Shown here: one piece after another, positions 61,543 to 64,000 of the stretch
Numbering within the stretch: position 1 is the stretch's first letter
How the letters are laid out: each line of letters begins with the position of its first letter
NCBI GenBank assembly: GCA_964527895.1
Contig: CAZGQI010000001.1
Span: forward strand, 55,275 to 119,274
DNA length: 64,000 nucleotides
Reading direction: 5' to 3'
Source: an uncultured Comamonadaceae bacterium
GTDB taxonomy: Bacteria > Bacteroidota > Bacteroidia > Flavobacteriales_D > Sanyastnellaceae
Made by a program: the position numbers and the translations under genes
Notes under the pieces: generated by a model
Database searches by the model: none
Seen by the model: the letters and a program-made list of their open reading frames with translations, nothing else
What the model was told of the DNA's origin: nothing

Positions 61543-63974
61543 TGCTTCGGATCCTCACGCTCTTCGCCTGGGCCCTCGCCGTGACGGGCCACGCCCAAAC
61601 CGCCGTTTCCGGCCGCGTGTTTGACGGCGCCACCGGGATGCCCCTCCCCTTTGTGAACGTCAGCTTTGCCGGGACAAGCATCGGAACCATGACCGACGGG
61701 GAGGGCATGTATGCGCTCGACGCAGGAGGCCAGCGCGTCACCCGGGCGCACTACTCGTGTTTGGGCTACCAAAGCCAAACCATCTCCCTGCAACGCGACG
61801 TGCCGCAGGTCATCAACGTGGCGCTCGAGGCGCGGAGCGTGGACCTCGAAGCCGCGGTGGTCCGGCCGGACAAAAAGGCCGTCAACCCCGCCAAGCCCCT
61901 GATGCAACGCGTGGCCGAGGCCAAGGACGCCAACGATCCCTCGCGCATCCCGGCCTTGAACCACGATTTCTATGAGGTGCAGGAAGTCGCCTTCAACGAC
62001 TATCCCAAGAAGCTCCCGGAGCGGCGATTTTGGGGACCCTTCTCCTGGGTTTGGGACCACCTTGATTCTTCGGAAAGCCGGGTGGCACTCCCGCTGTTTG
62101 TGACCGAAGTAGCCGGCACAATGCGCACCGAAAAGCGACGCCGTGAAAAGCGCATCGAGGCCGCACGCGCCACCTGGATGCAGAACGGGGAGAACACGTC
62201 GAGCGTGCAATCCGAGTTCCTCAAGATCAACCTGTACGAAAACCAAATGTTGCTGCTGGACAAGGCCTTCACGAGTCCCCTGCACGACCGCGGCAACGTC
62301 CACTACCGGTACTACATTCTCGACACCCTCGACCACGGGAACCGTCCATGCTTCCACCTTGCATTTGTGCCCCGCCGCCGCGGCGAGCTCACCTTCGAGG
62401 GGGAGATGTGGATCGACACGTTGACGCTGGGCCTTCGCCATGTGGAGGCCAAAATCAGCGAAGGCGCCAACGTCAACTTCGTGCGCAACTACGCCTGGAG
62501 CCAGACCTACGACCGTCACGACGAACGCTGGGTGCTGGCCAGAGAAGAAAACCTGGCCGACGTCAGCCTGCGCGAAGGGGGCATGGGCATTTACAGCCAC
62601 CAAACCATCGTCAACACCCACTTCACCTTGGCGGAATCTTGGCCCGACTCCGTGTGGACGAGTCCCCGAGACATGAGCTTCGCCAAGGGCTCAAACGAGG
62701 TGCTGGAAGAAGAGTGGCGTGAATTGCGGCCCGACCCGTTGACCGAGCGCGCGGCCACGACCTACTGGATGGTGGACACCATCCAAAACATGCCCCAATA
62801 CAAGTTCCTGGAAGGCTTTGCCATGCTGGCCGGAACAGGGTACGTGATTCAAGGTCCCATTGAAATCGGCCCCTACTTCGACGCTTTCAGCCGAAACGCC
62901 ATTGAGGGGAACCGATTCAGTTTGGGCGTGCAAACGAGCAACGACTTCTCACGGAAGGTGTGGCTGAGGTCATTCGCCGCGTATGGCACCATGGACCGGC
63001 GTTGGAAGTACGGCGCGTCCGCCGAGTGGATCCTTCGCAAATCCCCCCGCACCGAGTTGTTCTTTGAGCACACCCGAGACATTGACCAACTCGGCATGAT
63101 GGGCTTCTTCGACCAAGGGAATGGCCTCAACAGCGCCCTGTCGCTCGACACCATGGACCGCTTGAGTGAGGTGGTCCGCACGGAAGTGAGCTTTCTGCAC
63201 GAGTTTGGATCGGGCTGGGGGCAATCGGTGGAATTCCGTCACCGCAGCGTGGCGCCGCGCGGCGAGGTGTTGTTCGTGCGAGAGAGCGACCCCACGGGCA
63301 CCTCCCCCCTCGTCACTGCCGAGTTGACCCTCCAAACGCGGTATGCGCGAAACGAAAAGTTTGTTTCCGGCGCCTTCGAACGGGTCAGCTTGGGGTCCAA
63401 TTGGCCCATCTTGACGGGCACGATTACTTTGGGCATCCCGGGCATCGTGGGCAGCGAATTCAATTACCAACGCTGGACCCTAGATGCCGAGGGCACAAGG
63501 CGCCTCGGGCCCCTCGGCCGCATCGAATGGTGGGCCCAAGGTGGGATGTACACCGGTCAGGCGCCCGTGGTGCTGACCGAATTGCAGCCTGCCAACGAAA
63601 CGGCCCTGAGCATCAACGAAGCCTTCAACCTGCTTCGCTTCATGGAATTTGCCAGCGACCGATGGGTCCGCAGCTGTACCGAGTGGCACGGCGAAGGACT
63701 GGTGTTGGGGCGTCTGCCGGGCATCAAGCGCCTCCGCCTGCGCGAAGTCGTGGGCATCAAAGGCGTATTGAGCTCGTGGGATCCGAGGCATGAAACCATC
63801 ACGGAGATGCCCTCCACGACGTCGGGCCTTGACGGATGGTATGCCGAGGCTGTGTTTGGGGTGGAGAACATCCTGAGTGTGCTCCGGGTGGACGTCCACC
63901 GTCGCATCACACCCTCGACAGAAGGCATGCGCGAGGCATGGGGATTGCGTGTGGGGGTGGGATTGGAACTTTGA
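61542..63974 (+). CDS. Carboxypeptidase-regulatory-like domain protein with large DUF5686-type C-terminal region (probable outer-membrane protein)
   Basis: Signal MLRILTLFAWALAVTGHAQ. VSGRVFDGATGMPLPFVNVSFAGTSIGTMTDGEGMYAL is the CarboxypepD_reg fold. The remaining ~700 aa are beta-rich. ATG 61542 overlaps the tatC stop by 1 nt. Confidence 0.7.
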   Translation: MLRILTLFAWALAVTGHAQTAVSGRVFDGATGMPLPFVNVSFAGTSIGTMTDGEGMYALDAGGQRVTRAHYSCLGYQSQTISLQRDVPQVINVALEARSVDLEAAVVRPDKKAVNPAKPLMQRVAEAKDANDPSRIPALNHDFYEVQEVAFNDYPKKLPERRFWGPFSWVWDHLDSSESRVALPLFVTEVAGTMRTEKRRREKRIEAARATWMQNGENTSSVQSEFLKINLYENQMLLLDKAFTSPLHDRGNVHYRYYILDTLDHGNRPCFHLAFVPRRRGELTFEGEMWIDTLTLGLRHVEAKISEGANVNFVRNYAWSQTYDRHDERWVLAREENLADVSLREGGMGIYSHQTIVNTHFTLAESWPDSVWTSPRDMSFAKGSNEVLEEEWRELRPDPLTERAATTYWMVDTIQNMPQYKFLEGFAMLAGTGYVIQGPIEIGPYFDAFSRNAIEGNRFSLGVQTSNDFSRKVWLRSFAAYGTMDRRWKYGASAEWILRKSPRTELFFEHTRDIDQLGMMGFFDQGNGLNSALSLDTMDRLSEVVRTEVSFLHEFGSGWGQSVEFRHRSVAPRGEVLFVRESDPTGTSPLVTAELTLQTRYARNEKFVSGAFERVSLGSNWPILTGTITLGIPGIVGSEFNYQRWTLDAEGTRRLGPLGRIEWWAQGGMYTGQAPVVLTELQPANETALSINEAFNLLRFMEFASDRWVRSCTEWHGEGLVLGRLPGIKRLRLREVVGIKGVLSSWDPRHETITEMPSTTSGLDGWYAEAVFGVENILSVLRVDVHRRITPSTEGMREAWGLRVGVGLEL

Positions 63975-64000
63975 ACGACCTTTGCGGCATGGATCTCGTG

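Noticed and set aside
63989-64000. ATG with an upstream GACCTTTG box at the right edge, probably the start of the next gene
   Set aside because: Only four codons are visible. The -7-like box supports it, but that is too little sequence to call a CDS or a product.
1-64000. Search for CRISPR arrays, IS elements, integrases, prophage genes, restriction-modification, toxin-antitoxin or other defence-island hallmarks
   Set aside because: No direct-repeat/spacer arrays, no inverted terminal repeats, and no transposase, integrase, DEDD or HNH-type ORFs among the credible frames. Every credible CDS except the few hypotheticals listed has a housekeeping or envelope assignment.

Overview
GC-rich segment (about 58% in the two 60-nt lines I counted by hand) that reads as the chromosomal core of a Bacteroidota, Flavobacteriia-like genome. 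The taxonomic markers are gldD/gldE, a PorX-type T9SS response regulator, the 29-aa bS22 ribosomal protein, TAnnTTTG-type -7 promoter boxes, and mutY-ssb-gldE-gldD-coaX...lptC synteny. Coding density is very high. I call about 55 CDS, 2 tRNAs (Leu-UAG, Pro-GGG), one canonical intrinsic terminator and a set of promoter boxes. Most genes are housekeeping: rnhB, efp, tig, clpP, clpX, mutS, tsaE, rng, hup, mutY, ssb, coaX, queA, cysS, pheS, pheT, recQ, tatC. Envelope and gliding genes make up much of the rest. I found no transposase, integrase, phage, CRISPR, restriction-modification or toxin-antitoxin hallmarks, and no self-evident new multi-gene system. The items most worth a second look are these. 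(1) Two tandem ORFs upstream of efp encode proteins with about 10% tryptophan and a beta-barrel-like dyad pattern. (2) An 813-codon open frame running off the left edge is absent from the ORF track. It encodes a secreted mosaic of lamin-tail, cupredoxin and OB-like domains joined by four copies of a 20-aa Cys-bounded module. (3) A -7 promoter box lies only 4-8 nt from the start codon at about 15 genes, which implies widespread leaderless mRNAs and helps choose start codons. (4) An unlisted 29-aa bS22 gene is followed by a strong hairpin in front of rng. (5) A TPR/TM protein has a degenerate histidine-kinase-like tail. The long antisense ORFs in the track are GC-driven artefacts. All functional calls come from reading the translations by eye; no searches were run.
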